Shown here piece after piece: positions 7,884 to 15,722 of a stretch of 15,722 nt of DNA (position 1 is its first letter; each line of letters begins with the position of its first letter). The position numbers were made by a program, and so were the translations under genes. Source of the stretch: a virus (Duplodnaviria > Heunggongvirae > Uroviricota > Caudoviricetes). The stretch spans positions 1 through 15,722 of the IMG/VR virus record IMGVR_UViG_2602041549_000013; one strand, 5' to 3'. The notes under the pieces are model-generated. The model did no database searches. It had not been told where the DNA came from and saw only the letters and a program-made list of their open reading frames with translations.

Positions 7884-8072
7884 TCAACTGATGACATCCA
7901 TTGAGCGGTTGTATTCGTGAGTTCTGATTTTTGCCATGAGTTCATCAGTCAACTCAGAAACCCACTGCAGAGCCAGCCCCTTCTCTTCATCACTACACTC
8001 ACTAGCCGCTACAAGCTTAAGAAAAAAATCAATGCGCTGGAGCTTCAAAGACTCCAAAAAATAGTCCTGCAT
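7884..8072 (-). CDS. small SOS-regulated protein, 62 aa; possible Tum-like antirepressor
   Basis: First gene downstream of the LexA box; AGGAGG RBS before ATG 8072; forms an operon with the DinI-like gene. The 97-aa version from 8177 would contain the LexA box and is rejected. Function is inferred by position only, by analogy with the 186 tum operon as I recall it. Confidence 0.45.
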   Translation of the reverse strand: MQDYFLESLKLQRIDFFLKLVAASECSDEEKGLALQWVSELTDELMAKIRTHEYNRSMDVIS

Positions 8073-8113
8073 CTTTCCTCCTATGACACCACACGCAACA
8101 CTGTATGTATAAC

Positions 8114-8133
8114 CACTGTTTATATTTACAGTA
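8114..8133 (-). promoter_or_regulatory. LexA (SOS) box in the promoter of the small-ORF/DinI operon
   Basis: CACTGTTTATATTTACAGTA has a perfect CTGT-N8-ACAG core and matches 17 of 20 positions of the consensus TACTGTATATATATACAGTA; an extra CTGT half-site at 8101-8104; a TTTACA -35-like hexamer lies at 8151-8156 on the - strand. Confidence 0.7.
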
Positions 8134-8225
8134 TATAATAATCTTACTGATGTAAAACGTTTTTTTACATTCATCACCCTGATATACCTGGTATTATTAA
8201 GAGCACGAATTGTTAACCCGCGTAA

Positions 8226-10640
8226 TTAATACAGGTTCCGCCACTGATCATCTTCCTGCAAACGCTGGTTCCGATAGAAGATACGCAGGCCTGCTCCTGA
8301 CGGAATACTGCCTCCGCGAAGGAGTAAATCGACCTCTTTCTCGCTGCCATCAAATCCTCTGGACTTCAGCTCATACACGAGCTGCAGTCGCTGATGGTCT
8401 GTAATTCGCTGTTTGTAGTCTTTACGCCGTTTCGGTTTCACCAGGCGTAACCTTGCAGCCAGTTCCCGGCGCTCTTTTTTGCTCATACTGTGCAGGTAAT
8501 CGTGCAACTCCTTGTCATCCATGCGGGTAATGTCCGTTCTGGTATCCCCATCAGCTGATTTGTCTTTCCCTTGTTGGTTCAAATTTTCAGCAAGGGGACA
8601 GTTATTGCCACGAGTCCAAGGGGCGCAAGCGCCCTGGTCGGCTGCCGCCTCCTGAACGTCAACGGCCTTACGAACCATTTTCCACTTCACTGCATGAGTG
8701 CAGATCTTGCCCTCTGCAATGGGTGACCAGATGCCATAAATACGAATACCGTGATCGCCATAGGCGGTTGGCTCTTCGTTGATTTCATAAGCGGTTCTGA
8801 TGAGGTGATATTTGCGGGAAACCAGTACGCCGCCCTGCTTCATGATGTAGGTGGCAAAACAACCAGCATCAGCAGCAGCCAGGATGGCATCAAGGCGCGG
8901 GTTATCCAGTACCGGCGCACCTGCTTTTTTGTCACCCTGTTGCCTTGCCGCCTGACCAGCCAGCAATCGCAGTTCACGGTAAGCCTGACGCCCCGGAATG
9001 CCAAAGAAGCGGAATTGCTGAACACGATGCAGAGACGCCCAGGCATTAACGTATTCAGCGTTATCACGCAGGGATTTACCCGTTTCCTTACTGATCTCGC
9101 CAGCCAGACCACACCCGTCAATATTCTTACTGATATATTTCGCAATGTAGCTTGTCGGCGTTCCTTTGCGCGGGTTTATCAGCTCAGACTTAAAGCGTGG
9201 CCCCGTGTTATTGCCCAGCTCCTCGCGGTCTTCACGGATGGCAAACTTACGCAACAATGCAGTAATGGCGCGGCGGTCTTTTTTACGCATGAAACACAAC
9301 AGGTGCCAGTGAACTGTGCCGTCATGATGCGGCTCAGCCACCCGCACGCCATACCAGCGCAACCCGGCTTTGTGCATAGCCTTACGAAATGCAGCAAACA
9401 TGCCGACCAGATAATCGCTGCTTTGTCTTACTGTCGCGTTGGTCCAGGTCGGGTTTGGCCTGCCGTTATTTAGCGTGGAATGGAAACGTGACGGACAGGT
9501 GATGGTGTAGAAAACGGCGCAGTCACCACGCATTTCCGCGATAAGCTCCAGGCCTTTAACACAGGCCATCATCTCATTGCGGCGATGCGCCGGGTTGCTG
9601 CTGCTGGCGTTTACCACATCCTCCATGTTCAGCGTGTCGCCGTCTTCGTTCACCAGTTCATGAGAACGGAAAAACTCCAGCGACTTACGGCGCTGCTCAC
9701 GTTTATGCATCACGGCTTCATAGCTGACATAGGGAGATGCTTTTTTGCTGACCAGGCAGACAGCACGCAACTGCTCTTCCCGCCATTCGCAACGCATCTT
9801 CCATAATTTCCGATACCACCAGTCGGCGCACAGCATACGCGCCAGCGAACCCGGAATGAGTTCATAGGGCACAGGTTTGCGGCGGTTTCTTTTCCGGCGG
9901 AGTTGCTCAAACGCAGGCGGTATGACATCCAGTCGCAGGGTTTCTGCAGCCACCTTTTCCCATGTCTTGCGGATTTCTTCTGGCTTAACATCATCGGAGG
10001 CGTACAAATCACCACAAGCGGCATCAAGACACATGCTCATATGCGCAGCGACAAGGGTAGACAGGCGTTTCACCTGATCCTGACTCATTTCAGGCAGGAT
10101 CAGCAGACCGTCCAGCCCTTCATGGCTTGCCATAAAACGAAAAGATGCAGATAGCTGGCTGTCGCGTACATGCTCCAGTCGTTCCAGACATGGCTTAATC
10201 GTCTCACGCAAATAGCGGGAATAAGCCTTTGGCCTGCCCAGGCTGCTGAAATATTCAATACGTTGCATCAGCGGCTTGCTGATATGGGAAGGCTGGGCGT
10301 TGACGTCGGCCAGAATGACCATGTCCGGATTAAAACGCTGCTGCTCATGCGCCATCTTTGCCCGGCTAATGAGCTTATCCTGCTCCATTTCGCGTTGGAC
10401 AGGATCACGGGATTCATTAAAGAAATAACGCTCCCAGACCTGATCACTCAGTGCCTCGCGGCGCAACTGTTCCTGCTCGTTATCGGCAGCGTACAGAGTG
10501 ATCAGGTTTGAAAGCGTAGAAACCGGCGCAACTTCCGCCGGGTCCAGATAAGGGTTAATGGCCTTTTTCGGGCTGTTCCATGAGAATGCTGCGGCAGCCT
10601 CGTTAAAGCCGCAGCAGTTGTTCATATCGGCATGACTCAT
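8226..10640 (-). CDS. A: rolling-circle replication initiator / endonuclease (P2 gpA-like), 804 aa
   Basis: HUH-type motif VHWHLL and active-site tyrosine motif YIAKYISK typical of gpA-type Rep proteins; start ATG overlaps the dam stop (ATGA). Confidence 0.85.
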   Translation of the reverse strand: MSHADMNNCCGFNEAAAAFSWNSPKKAINPYLDPAEVAPVSTLSNLITLYAADNEQEQLRREALSDQVWERYFFNESRDPVQREMEQDKLISRAKMAHEQQRFNPDMVILADVNAQPSHISKPLMQRIEYFSSLGRPKAYSRYLRETIKPCLERLEHVRDSQLSASFRFMASHEGLDGLLILPEMSQDQVKRLSTLVAAHMSMCLDAACGDLYASDDVKPEEIRKTWEKVAAETLRLDVIPPAFEQLRRKRNRRKPVPYELIPGSLARMLCADWWYRKLWKMRCEWREEQLRAVCLVSKKASPYVSYEAVMHKREQRRKSLEFFRSHELVNEDGDTLNMEDVVNASSSNPAHRRNEMMACVKGLELIAEMRGDCAVFYTITCPSRFHSTLNNGRPNPTWTNATVRQSSDYLVGMFAAFRKAMHKAGLRWYGVRVAEPHHDGTVHWHLLCFMRKKDRRAITALLRKFAIREDREELGNNTGPRFKSELINPRKGTPTSYIAKYISKNIDGCGLAGEISKETGKSLRDNAEYVNAWASLHRVQQFRFFGIPGRQAYRELRLLAGQAARQQGDKKAGAPVLDNPRLDAILAAADAGCFATYIMKQGGVLVSRKYHLIRTAYEINEEPTAYGDHGIRIYGIWSPIAEGKICTHAVKWKMVRKAVDVQEAAADQGACAPWTRGNNCPLAENLNQQGKDKSADGDTRTDITRMDDKELHDYLHSMSKKERRELAARLRLVKPKRRKDYKQRITDHQRLQLVYELKSRGFDGSEKEVDLLLRGGSIPSGAGLRIFYRNQRLQEDDQWRNLY

Positions 10641-11494
10641 GCACGTACTCCGTACACGGCAGAACTATCCACGCCACGCGAATAATCAAATCCCATCCAG
10701 CAGCGCGGCCCGGAAACAGCAATGATTTCTGTTGCTGATTTACCCTCGCCAGCTGCCACACCGATGCTGCGTTTTACCTTGATATAGTGGTGAGTAAAAT
10801 TGCGATACAGCGAACGGATCAGGGATGTGTCACTGTTAGAAACAATGACTGGATGTCCTTCTGATGACCGATGTTCAAGAACGGATGCCAGGTGATACTG
10901 GTCATCTTCAGTGAAACCATCAGTGTGATAGCCGGAAAACGTACCGTCATACGGCGGATCGCAATACACCACATCTCCCGCCTTCAACATCGCCAGCGTT
11001 TCATCAAAGCTGGCGCAGATAAACGTTGCTCGCTGGGCTTTTTCTGCAAATGTGCGAAGTTCTTTTTCAGGGAAATACGGATTTTTATAATTACCGTAGG
11101 GGATGTTGAAATGCCCGCTCTTGTTATAGCGACATAAACCACGGTAACCGTGACGATTAAGATACAGGAAATATACCGCTTTCATGAAATCAGTAATTTC
11201 AGTTGAGCAGTTAAACTCCTGCCTTATGTTGTAATAAGCCACCTCCCTGTTTGCGATCTCAAATAAAACTCTGGCGCGAGATATAAACGATTCACAATCA
11301 GCGGCAACCTTTTTATAGAGGTTGATTAAATCAGGATTAATATCCGCAACCAGATAGCTGGGATAATCCGTTTCCATCATCACAGCACAGGAACCCGCGA
11401 AAGGTTCAACCAGTCGCGGGCCAGCAGGAAGGTATTTTTTCAGTTCTGGCATAATGGCGGTTTTATTTCCCGCCCATTTCAGGATGGTGCTCAT
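10637..11494 (-). CDS. dam: DNA adenine methyltransferase (Dam family, orphan), 285 aa from ATG 11494
   Basis: N-terminal KWAGNK and FAGSCAV motifs and catalytic DPPY motif; ATG 11494 overlaps the upstream zinc-finger gene stop (ATGA) and follows a GGAGGTG RBS; the ORF-track start at 11554 is not used. Confidence 0.8.
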   Translation of the reverse strand: MSTILKWAGNKTAIMPELKKYLPAGPRLVEPFAGSCAVMMETDYPSYLVADINPDLINLYKKVAADCESFISRARVLFEIANREVAYYNIRQEFNCSTEITDFMKAVYFLYLNRHGYRGLCRYNKSGHFNIPYGNYKNPYFPEKELRTFAEKAQRATFICASFDETLAMLKAGDVVYCDPPYDGTFSGYHTDGFTEDDQYHLASVLEHRSSEGHPVIVSNSDTSLIRSLYRNFTHHYIKVKRSIGVAAGEGKSATEIIAVSGPRCWMGFDYSRGVDSSAVYGVRA

Positions 11495-11718
11495 ACAGCA
11501 CCTCCGTTGTAATGTTTGCCTTTCAGTTCTGCGATTTCCTGACAGGTAATGCAAAGCTGCACTCCCGGAATGGCGCGGCGTCGTGCTGGCGGAATTGGCG
11601 CTTCACATTCAATGCAAAGTACGCGTGACACGCCCGGTGATTTGGCACGGGCTGCACGGATATGGCGCTGGCGTTCTTCTTCAACGCGCTGCTGTACGAG
11701 ATCCATTGCATCAGCCAT
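11491..11718 (-). CDS. TraR/DksA-family C4 zinc-finger protein, 75 aa
   Basis: Two CxxC pairs (CIECEAPIP ... CITCQ) in a small basic protein; common position in P2-like early operons. Confidence 0.7.
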   Translation of the reverse strand: MADAMDLVQQRVEEERQRHIRAARAKSPGVSRVLCIECEAPIPPARRRAIPGVQLCITCQEIAELKGKHYNGGAV

Positions 11719-11951
11719 TAGTGGATCTCCTGCGCTTCGTTCTGGATTGCTTCAGCAGTCACGCGCAGCAGTTCTGCCGCTTCCACGTGGTTTAGCTGGC
11801 GGGATGAGATATGACACGCCAGGCTATCAAGGCGAGCAGCCATTGCTTCAGCCCTTGCCCGGCGTTCTTCCAGACGAGCCTCTGTCAGTAAAATATTAAG
11901 CCCTGCGTCATCCGGTCCGGTTTTAGTCGTGAGGGTTTCAATATTACGCAT
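11718..11951 (-). CDS. hypothetical early-operon protein, 77 aa from ATG 11951
   Basis: ORF with AGGAGA RBS 7 nt upstream of ATG 11951; stop overlaps the next start by 1 nt. Confidence 0.45.
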   Translation of the reverse strand: MRNIETLTTKTGPDDAGLNILLTEARLEERRARAEAMAARLDSLACHISSRQLNHVEAAELLRVTAEAIQNEAQEIH

Positions 11952-12018
11952 AATCAATTCTCCTGAATTTAGATAAAGGGATGCCCGGCGGGTTTACGCC
12001 ATTAATTTCATTAGTTGG

Positions 12019-12360
12019 TTAATTCGGCATGGTTAGCCGTCTGGGAAATAAGCTCACCACTGCACGAAAATGATTCATTGCTTTAATCAGCTCCCGCTTT
12101 TCGTCAGTGGTCAGCTCATTAATGCTGATGCTATGACGTTCAGCTGGAATTTTTGCCATAAAGAATATGGCAGCCAGTGCCCGTTTATTTTGTTCATTAT
12201 TGATATCCCGTGGATCACGCATATCTTTAATAAACCGCTCAAGCTCTGACTCAATATTCAGGCCAAAAACTTTCGCCCTTAACTCTGCAATGTGATTAAG
12301 TCCATTCAGGCGTTCACCGGGGCTTAATGGAACAGTTGCTGCAGCGCCATTAATTGCCAT
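12019..12360 (-). CDS. hypothetical early-operon protein, 113 aa
   Basis: ORF in the operon with a purine-rich RBS; no recognisable motif. Confidence 0.45.
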   Translation of the reverse strand: MAINGAAATVPLSPGERLNGLNHIAELRAKVFGLNIESELERFIKDMRDPRDINNEQNKRALAAIFFMAKIPAERHSISINELTTDEKRELIKAMNHFRAVVSLFPRRLTMPN

Positions 12361-12382
12361 ACTTCATATCCCCCAAACGCAG

Positions 12383-12607
12383 CTATCGTTCTTTGTTCTT
12401 ACGGTAACGCTCAAGAGGAGATACATTTTTTCGTATCGTCTCTTTAACCTGCTCTCCCCGTAAAAACGTCCCATCCTTTAACGTGAAAAAGTAACTGCCA
12501 TCGCCCGACAATGACGGATAGCAACAGAGCAAATCATCTTCAGGTACTGAATAACTCTCCCCTCTGTAACGAAACTGATAAACCACTTCACTTTCTGCCG
12601 CATACAT
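12383..12607 (-). CDS. hypothetical early-operon protein, 74 aa
   Basis: GGAG RBS about 9 nt upstream of ATG 12607; aromatic-rich, protein-like composition; overlaps the upstream ORF out of frame. Confidence 0.4.
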   Translation of the reverse strand: MYAAESEVVYQFRYRGESYSVPEDDLLCCYPSLSGDGSYFFTLKDGTFLRGEQVKETIRKNVSPLERYRKNKER

Positions 12608-12774
12608 TTGGACTTTCTCCGTTTCCTCGTGGTCAATTCAGACAGCAATTCATCTTGTGAATGACATGGATGCCAGCGTTTTCCATCCTCACCCGTGATC
12701 CAGCCGTGACCGTAGTGCATTGTCGGGCTTTGTTTTACCAGCAGCGATGCAAATGATGGTTCTTTCGTCAGCAT
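12478..12774 (-). CDS. hypothetical early-operon protein, 98 aa from ATG 12774; 3' portion may be an out-of-frame read-through
   Basis: GAGGTG RBS overlapping the cII stop, ATG at 12774; the last ~45 codons overlap the next gene in another frame and are Lys/Arg-rich. Confidence 0.35.
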   Translation of the reverse strand: MLTKEPSFASLLVKQSPTMHYGHGWITGEDGKRWHPCHSQDELLSELTTRKRRKSKCMRQKVKWFISFVTEGRVIQYLKMICSVAIRHCRAMAVTFSR

Positions 12775-12781
12775 AAGCACC

Positions 12782-13291
12782 TCACAGCAAACCGAATGAA
12801 GCACCGAGGCCAGTCACGGTATCAACTGCACTCGCCATCGCAGGATTAGCCTGTAAACGGGCCTGCAATGAAACAGCAGCCAGCGCCATCAGTCGTGTTA
12901 CAGAGTTAATGCTGCTGATAGCATCACGACGACCGGCACTAGTTTTTACATCACCAGATACCGCACCTGCTGCAACACGCCCGATCTCTGCAGTTGCGCT
13001 CATGACGTAATGCGGCAGTTTCTCTTTTGCTACCTCATTAATCGGTACACATGGCAGACAATGAATCTGTGCCAGAAAACCATCTACCAACGTTGAATCT
13101 TCAGTCAGATCGGTAAGCAGCCAGATTTCTGGTGCGGTTAATAAATGAGGTTGAGCTGGGTTCAGCTTGTTCCGCAGAATCTGCACATTCATGCCCGCAC
13201 GTTCTGCCAGTTGCACCAGATTGTGGCGCAGTGCGAATGCACGACAGGCTTCATCAAAATGTGGATGTTTGGAAACTTGGTAATCAAACAT
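12782..13291 (-). CDS. cII: CII-like transcriptional activator (186 type), 169 aa from ATG 13291
   Basis: N-terminal helix-turn-helix ([30 protein letters not shown]); second gene of the lytic operon after apl; length matches 186 CII as I recall it; GGAG RBS before ATG 13291. Confidence 0.65.
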   Translation of the reverse strand: MFDYQVSKHPHFDEACRAFALRHNLVQLAERAGMNVQILRNKLNPAQPHLLTAPEIWLLTDLTEDSTLVDGFLAQIHCLPCVPINEVAKEKLPHYVMSATAEIGRVAAGAVSGDVKTSAGRRDAISSINSVTRLMALAAVSLQARLQANPAMASAVDTVTGLGASFGLL

Positions 13292-13355
13292 GGTTTTCAA
13301 CTCCGAACTTATCGCAAAATCGAACTCAGCGTCTTATTGCGAAAATAGACGTCTA

Positions 13356-13559
13356 TTAAGCAGACAAAGCATCAACAGTCAGAGCAGCCAGGTTAATCAT
13401 TACCTTTTCACGTTTTTTGTCTTTACGAAGACGATGACGAGGTAGTCGGCCATCAGCCAACATGTCGTTAATCGTATCAATAGAAAGGCCAGTCAGTTCG
13501 CTATAACGTTCGATTGTGACATGTGGTGTATTCAGAGTAATTGAAATGTTAGGTGTCAT
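13356..13559 (-). CDS. apl: Apl/Cox-like excisionase / transcriptional regulator, 67 aa
   Basis: First gene of the - strand lytic operon, divergent from cI; small HTH protein with basic C-terminal tail; AAGGA RBS. Confidence 0.6.
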   Translation of the reverse strand: MTPNISITLNTPHVTIERYSELTGLSIDTINDMLADGRLPRHRLRKDKKREKVMINLAALTVDALSA

Positions 13560-13704
13560 AAGGCAACATTCCTTCTAGATATGGCTTGTGGCGAGCCGTT
13601 GTTTGTCGTGATTAGTAGTGAAGGCTCCAAAAGAACACTTCTGGTTCAACTTTAAGATCGCTTTTGGAATCTGTCAACGAATTTTGGATTTCTTTGGAGG
13701 ACTT
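13560..13704. promoter_or_regulatory. lysis-lysogeny switch region between apl and cI (candidate face-to-face pR/pL promoters and operators)
   Basis: Intergenic region between divergent apl and cI; - strand TTGACA (13673-13678) with TAAAGT 18 bp downstream is a candidate lytic promoter; direct TTTTGGA repeats at 13662-13668 and 13683-13689. Confidence 0.35.
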
Positions 13705-14274
13705 GTGGATTTCAATAGCGGCGGTAAGAAAGCCATAGAACGTTTAGTTGAAGCATATGGGTTCGGTACCCGTCAGGCTCTATGTGATCATTTAGGTGTT
13801 TCTAAGAGCACCATGGCAACGCGCTATATGCGTGATATTTTTCCAGCAGATTGGGTAATCCAGTGCGCCCTTGAAACGGGCACCTCGCTTAATTGGCTAA
13901 CAACAGGGCATGGTTCAAAGCAAGCATCAGCAAATACAAATACTATAGAAGTAGAAAAATATTTATTGTCTGATGGAGCATTGCAGAAAGACGGTTTTTA
14001 TATTTTTGATAAGGGATTTCTACCCTCTACGTTTAAAAAACCTTTTGTCATCACAGATAACAATTCTGAATTTATTTGTGATAAAGAATTTGATGATATA
14101 CGTGATGGTAAATGGGTAATAAGTATTGATGGCGAAATAACGATCCGTGACATTACTCGTTTACCCGGTGGAAGAATCTTCGTCGAGGGTGGAAACAGAG
14201 CCTTCGAATGCAAGATAGAAGACATTGAAATAATTGGTAAAATTATAAGTTTAACAGTCAAGTATGTTAAATAG
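13705..14274 (+). CDS. cI: immunity repressor CI (186 type), about 189 aa
   Basis: HTH RQALCDHLGVSKSTMATRY followed by ETGTSLNWLTTGHG, typical of XRE-type phage repressors; divergent from apl/cII and upstream of int. Start is ambiguous: GTG 13705 after GGAGG is preferred over GTG 13618 or TTG 13684. C-terminal half is AT-rich. Confidence 0.7.
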   Translation: MDFNSGGKKAIERLVEAYGFGTRQALCDHLGVSKSTMATRYMRDIFPADWVIQCALETGTSLNWLTTGHGSKQASANTNTIEVEKYLLSDGALQKDGFYIFDKGFLPSTFKKPFVITDNNSEFICDKEFDDIRDGKWVISIDGEITIRDITRLPGGRIFVEGGNRAFECKIEDIEIIGKIISLTVKYVK

Positions 14275-14289
14275 TACCGGGAGGAAACT

Positions 14290-14481
14290 ATGCTTGGTAA
14301 GGTATTTTTTGTGGTTTTGTCATGTTCTTTGTTATTAAACCCACTAACTACCTATGCTAGAAATTATCCCTGCTCAGGGAAAAAGGGAGGTGTTTCTCAC
14401 TGTACCTCAGATGGCAAATTCGTTTGCAATGATGGAACTATTAGTAAATCCAAAAAAATCTGTACTAAAAACTCACGATAA
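14290..14481 (+). CDS. small Cys-rich secreted peptide or lipoprotein, 63 aa, unknown function
   Basis: Strong RBS GGGAGGA; hydrophobic N-terminus with either a signal-peptidase I site (TYA) or a lipobox-like VLSC; four Cys in a roughly 40-aa mature part; AT-rich. Confidence 0.4.
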   Translation: MLGKVFFVVLSCSLLLNPLTTYARNYPCSGKKGGVSHCTSDGKFVCNDGTISKSKKICTKNSR

Positions 14482-14669
14482 CTTTTGCTTTTATATCTGC
14501 GTCTAAAATAAAAATGAGCCGCAGGTTAACCGCAAAAGTTACATGCTCACATAGCAAAAAGAATAGCCAACTTAATTATGGCTTCAGTGAGATGTATGGT
14601 CGTAGGATTTCATACATTGACACTGGTTATACATACAGTGAAAATGCTCTCTACTGGAGGGCATTTTTT

Positions 14670-15722
14670 ATGGCAGTACGAAAACTCACCACTGGGAAAT
14701 GGCTTTGCGAATGTTACCCCGCCGGACGAAGTGGGCGTCGTGTGCGTAAACAATTCGTCACCAAAGGCGAAGCACTGGCTTTTGAGCGCCACACGATGGA
14801 AGAAACCGAAGCAAAGCCCTGGCTGGGTGAATCAGTGGATCGTCGAACACTGAAAGACGTGGTTGAGCTATGGTTCAAACTACATGGTAAATCTCTGACA
14901 GCTGGGCAGCATGTCTATGACAAATTGCTGTTGATGGTTGACGCTCTGGGCAATCCTCTTGCAACCGATCTCACCTCTAAAATGTTTGCCCACTATCGAG
15001 ATAAACGCCTGACAGGCGAGATCTACTTCAGCGAGAAATGGAAGAAAGGAGCAAGCCCGGTCACCATTAACCTGGAGCAAAGCTATCTAAGTAGTGTTTT
15101 TAGCGAACTATCCCGTCTGGGCGAATGGTCGTATCCGAACCCACTGGAGAACATGCGAAAATTCACCATCGCAGAAAAAGAGATGGCATGGCTTACCCAT
15201 GAGCAGATTGTTGAATTGCTGGCTGATTGCAAACGTCAGGACCCAATTCTGGCACTGGTAGTTAAGATATGCTTAAGCACAGGCGCACGCTGGCGTGAAG
15301 CCGTAAATCTTACCCGCTCACAGGTGACCAAATACCGAATTACCTTTGTCAGAACGAAGGGGAAGAAAAACAGAAGCATCCCTATCAGTAAAGAGCTTTA
15401 CGAAGAGATCATGGCGCTTGATGGGTTCAATTTCTTCACAGACTGCTATTTTCAATTTTTATCCGTGATGGAAAAAACGTCTATCGTGCTCCCTCGCGGT
15501 CAACTCACACACGTTCTGCGCCATACGTTTGCGGCGCACTTCATGATGTCGGGTGGAAACATTCTGGCCTTACAAAAAATTCTCGGACACCACGATATAA
15601 AAATGACTATGCGTTACGCACATCTGGCACCGGATCATCTGGAAACGGCGCTCCGTTTCAATCCTCTGGCAACGCTGCCAAGTGGCGACAAAGTGGCGGC
15701 AGCGGTTGGCATTACCCCGTAA
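14670..15722 (+). CDS. int: tyrosine integrase (P2/186 type), 350 aa from ATG 14670
   Basis: N-terminal MAVRKLTTGKW...GRSGRRVRKQF typical of P2-family integrases; C-terminal R...HxxR...Y catalytic pattern (LRHTFAAH ... MRYAHL); GGAGGG RBS 8 nt upstream of ATG 14670; the ORF-track extension from 14514 is rejected. Confidence 0.85.
   Translation: MAVRKLTTGKWLCECYPAGRSGRRVRKQFVTKGEALAFERHTMEETEAKPWLGESVDRRTLKDVVELWFKLHGKSLTAGQHVYDKLLLMVDALGNPLATDLTSKMFAHYRDKRLTGEIYFSEKWKKGASPVTINLEQSYLSSVFSELSRLGEWSYPNPLENMRKFTIAEKEMAWLTHEQIVELLADCKRQDPILALVVKICLSTGARWREAVNLTRSQVTKYRITFVRTKGKKNRSIPISKELYEEIMALDGFNFFTDCYFQFLSVMEKTSIVLPRGQLTHVLRHTFAAHFMMSGGNILALQKILGHHDIKMTMRYAHLAPDHLETALRFNPLATLPSGDKVAAAVGITP

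Larger units (their letters stand above)
1..15722. mobile_element. P2/186-family temperate prophage segment (late, variable, early, immunity and integration regions); integrase ends at the window edge
   Basis: Gene content and order N-O / P-Q / variable region / A-dam-early ORFs-cII-apl / cI / int follows the P2/186 layout in reverse orientation; translational coupling (ATGA overlaps) throughout the early operon. Confidence 0.85.

Noticed and set aside
7884-8177. Longer 97-aa version of the small SOS-regulated ORF
   Set aside because: Its first 35 codons would cover the LexA box and the likely promoter; the internal ATG at 8072 with AGGAGG RBS is the more plausible start.
8751-10511. Multiple + strand ORFs (up to 240 aa) inside replication gene A
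   Set aside because: All antisense to gpA, which has clear HUH and tyrosine motifs; none has an RBS.
14514-14669. N-terminal extension of the integrase ORF (start at 14514 in the ORF track)
   Set aside because: P2-family integrases begin with the MAVRKL-type N-terminus; ATG 14670 has a GGAGGG RBS, the upstream extension has none and looks like intergenic read-through.
1-15722. CRISPR arrays, tRNA or rRNA genes, IS elements
   Set aside because: No regularly spaced direct repeats, no cloverleaf-like or rRNA-like segments and no transposase-like ORFs were seen; the att site and any tRNA target presumably lie beyond the integrase end of the window.

Overview
The window reads as a contiguous piece of a P2/186-family (peduovirus-like) temperate prophage of an enterobacterial host, in reverse orientation to the usual P2 map. 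Left to right: late capsid genes N and O (- strand), divergent terminase P and portal Q (+), then a roughly 3.4 kb variable region between Q and replication gene A, then the early lytic operon on the - strand (apl, cII, small ORFs, TraR/DksA-like zinc finger, dam methylase, A), the divergent immunity repressor cI, and integrase ending at the window edge (att is presumably just beyond 15722). The repressor/CII/Apl arrangement and a LexA-boxed small-ORF-plus-DinI operon make it more 186-like than P2-like. The most interesting content is in the Q-A variable region, the slot where P2-like phages are known to carry anti-phage cargo: an AT-richer, translationally coupled two-gene module encoding a short HipA-family Ser/Thr kinase and a partner that looks like a HipA-N/HipS-like domain fused to a HIRAN-like domain. 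I propose it as a candidate kinase-based toxin-antitoxin or abortive-infection system; that is inference from motifs only. All calls are from reading the six-frame translations and the sequence; no database search was run.
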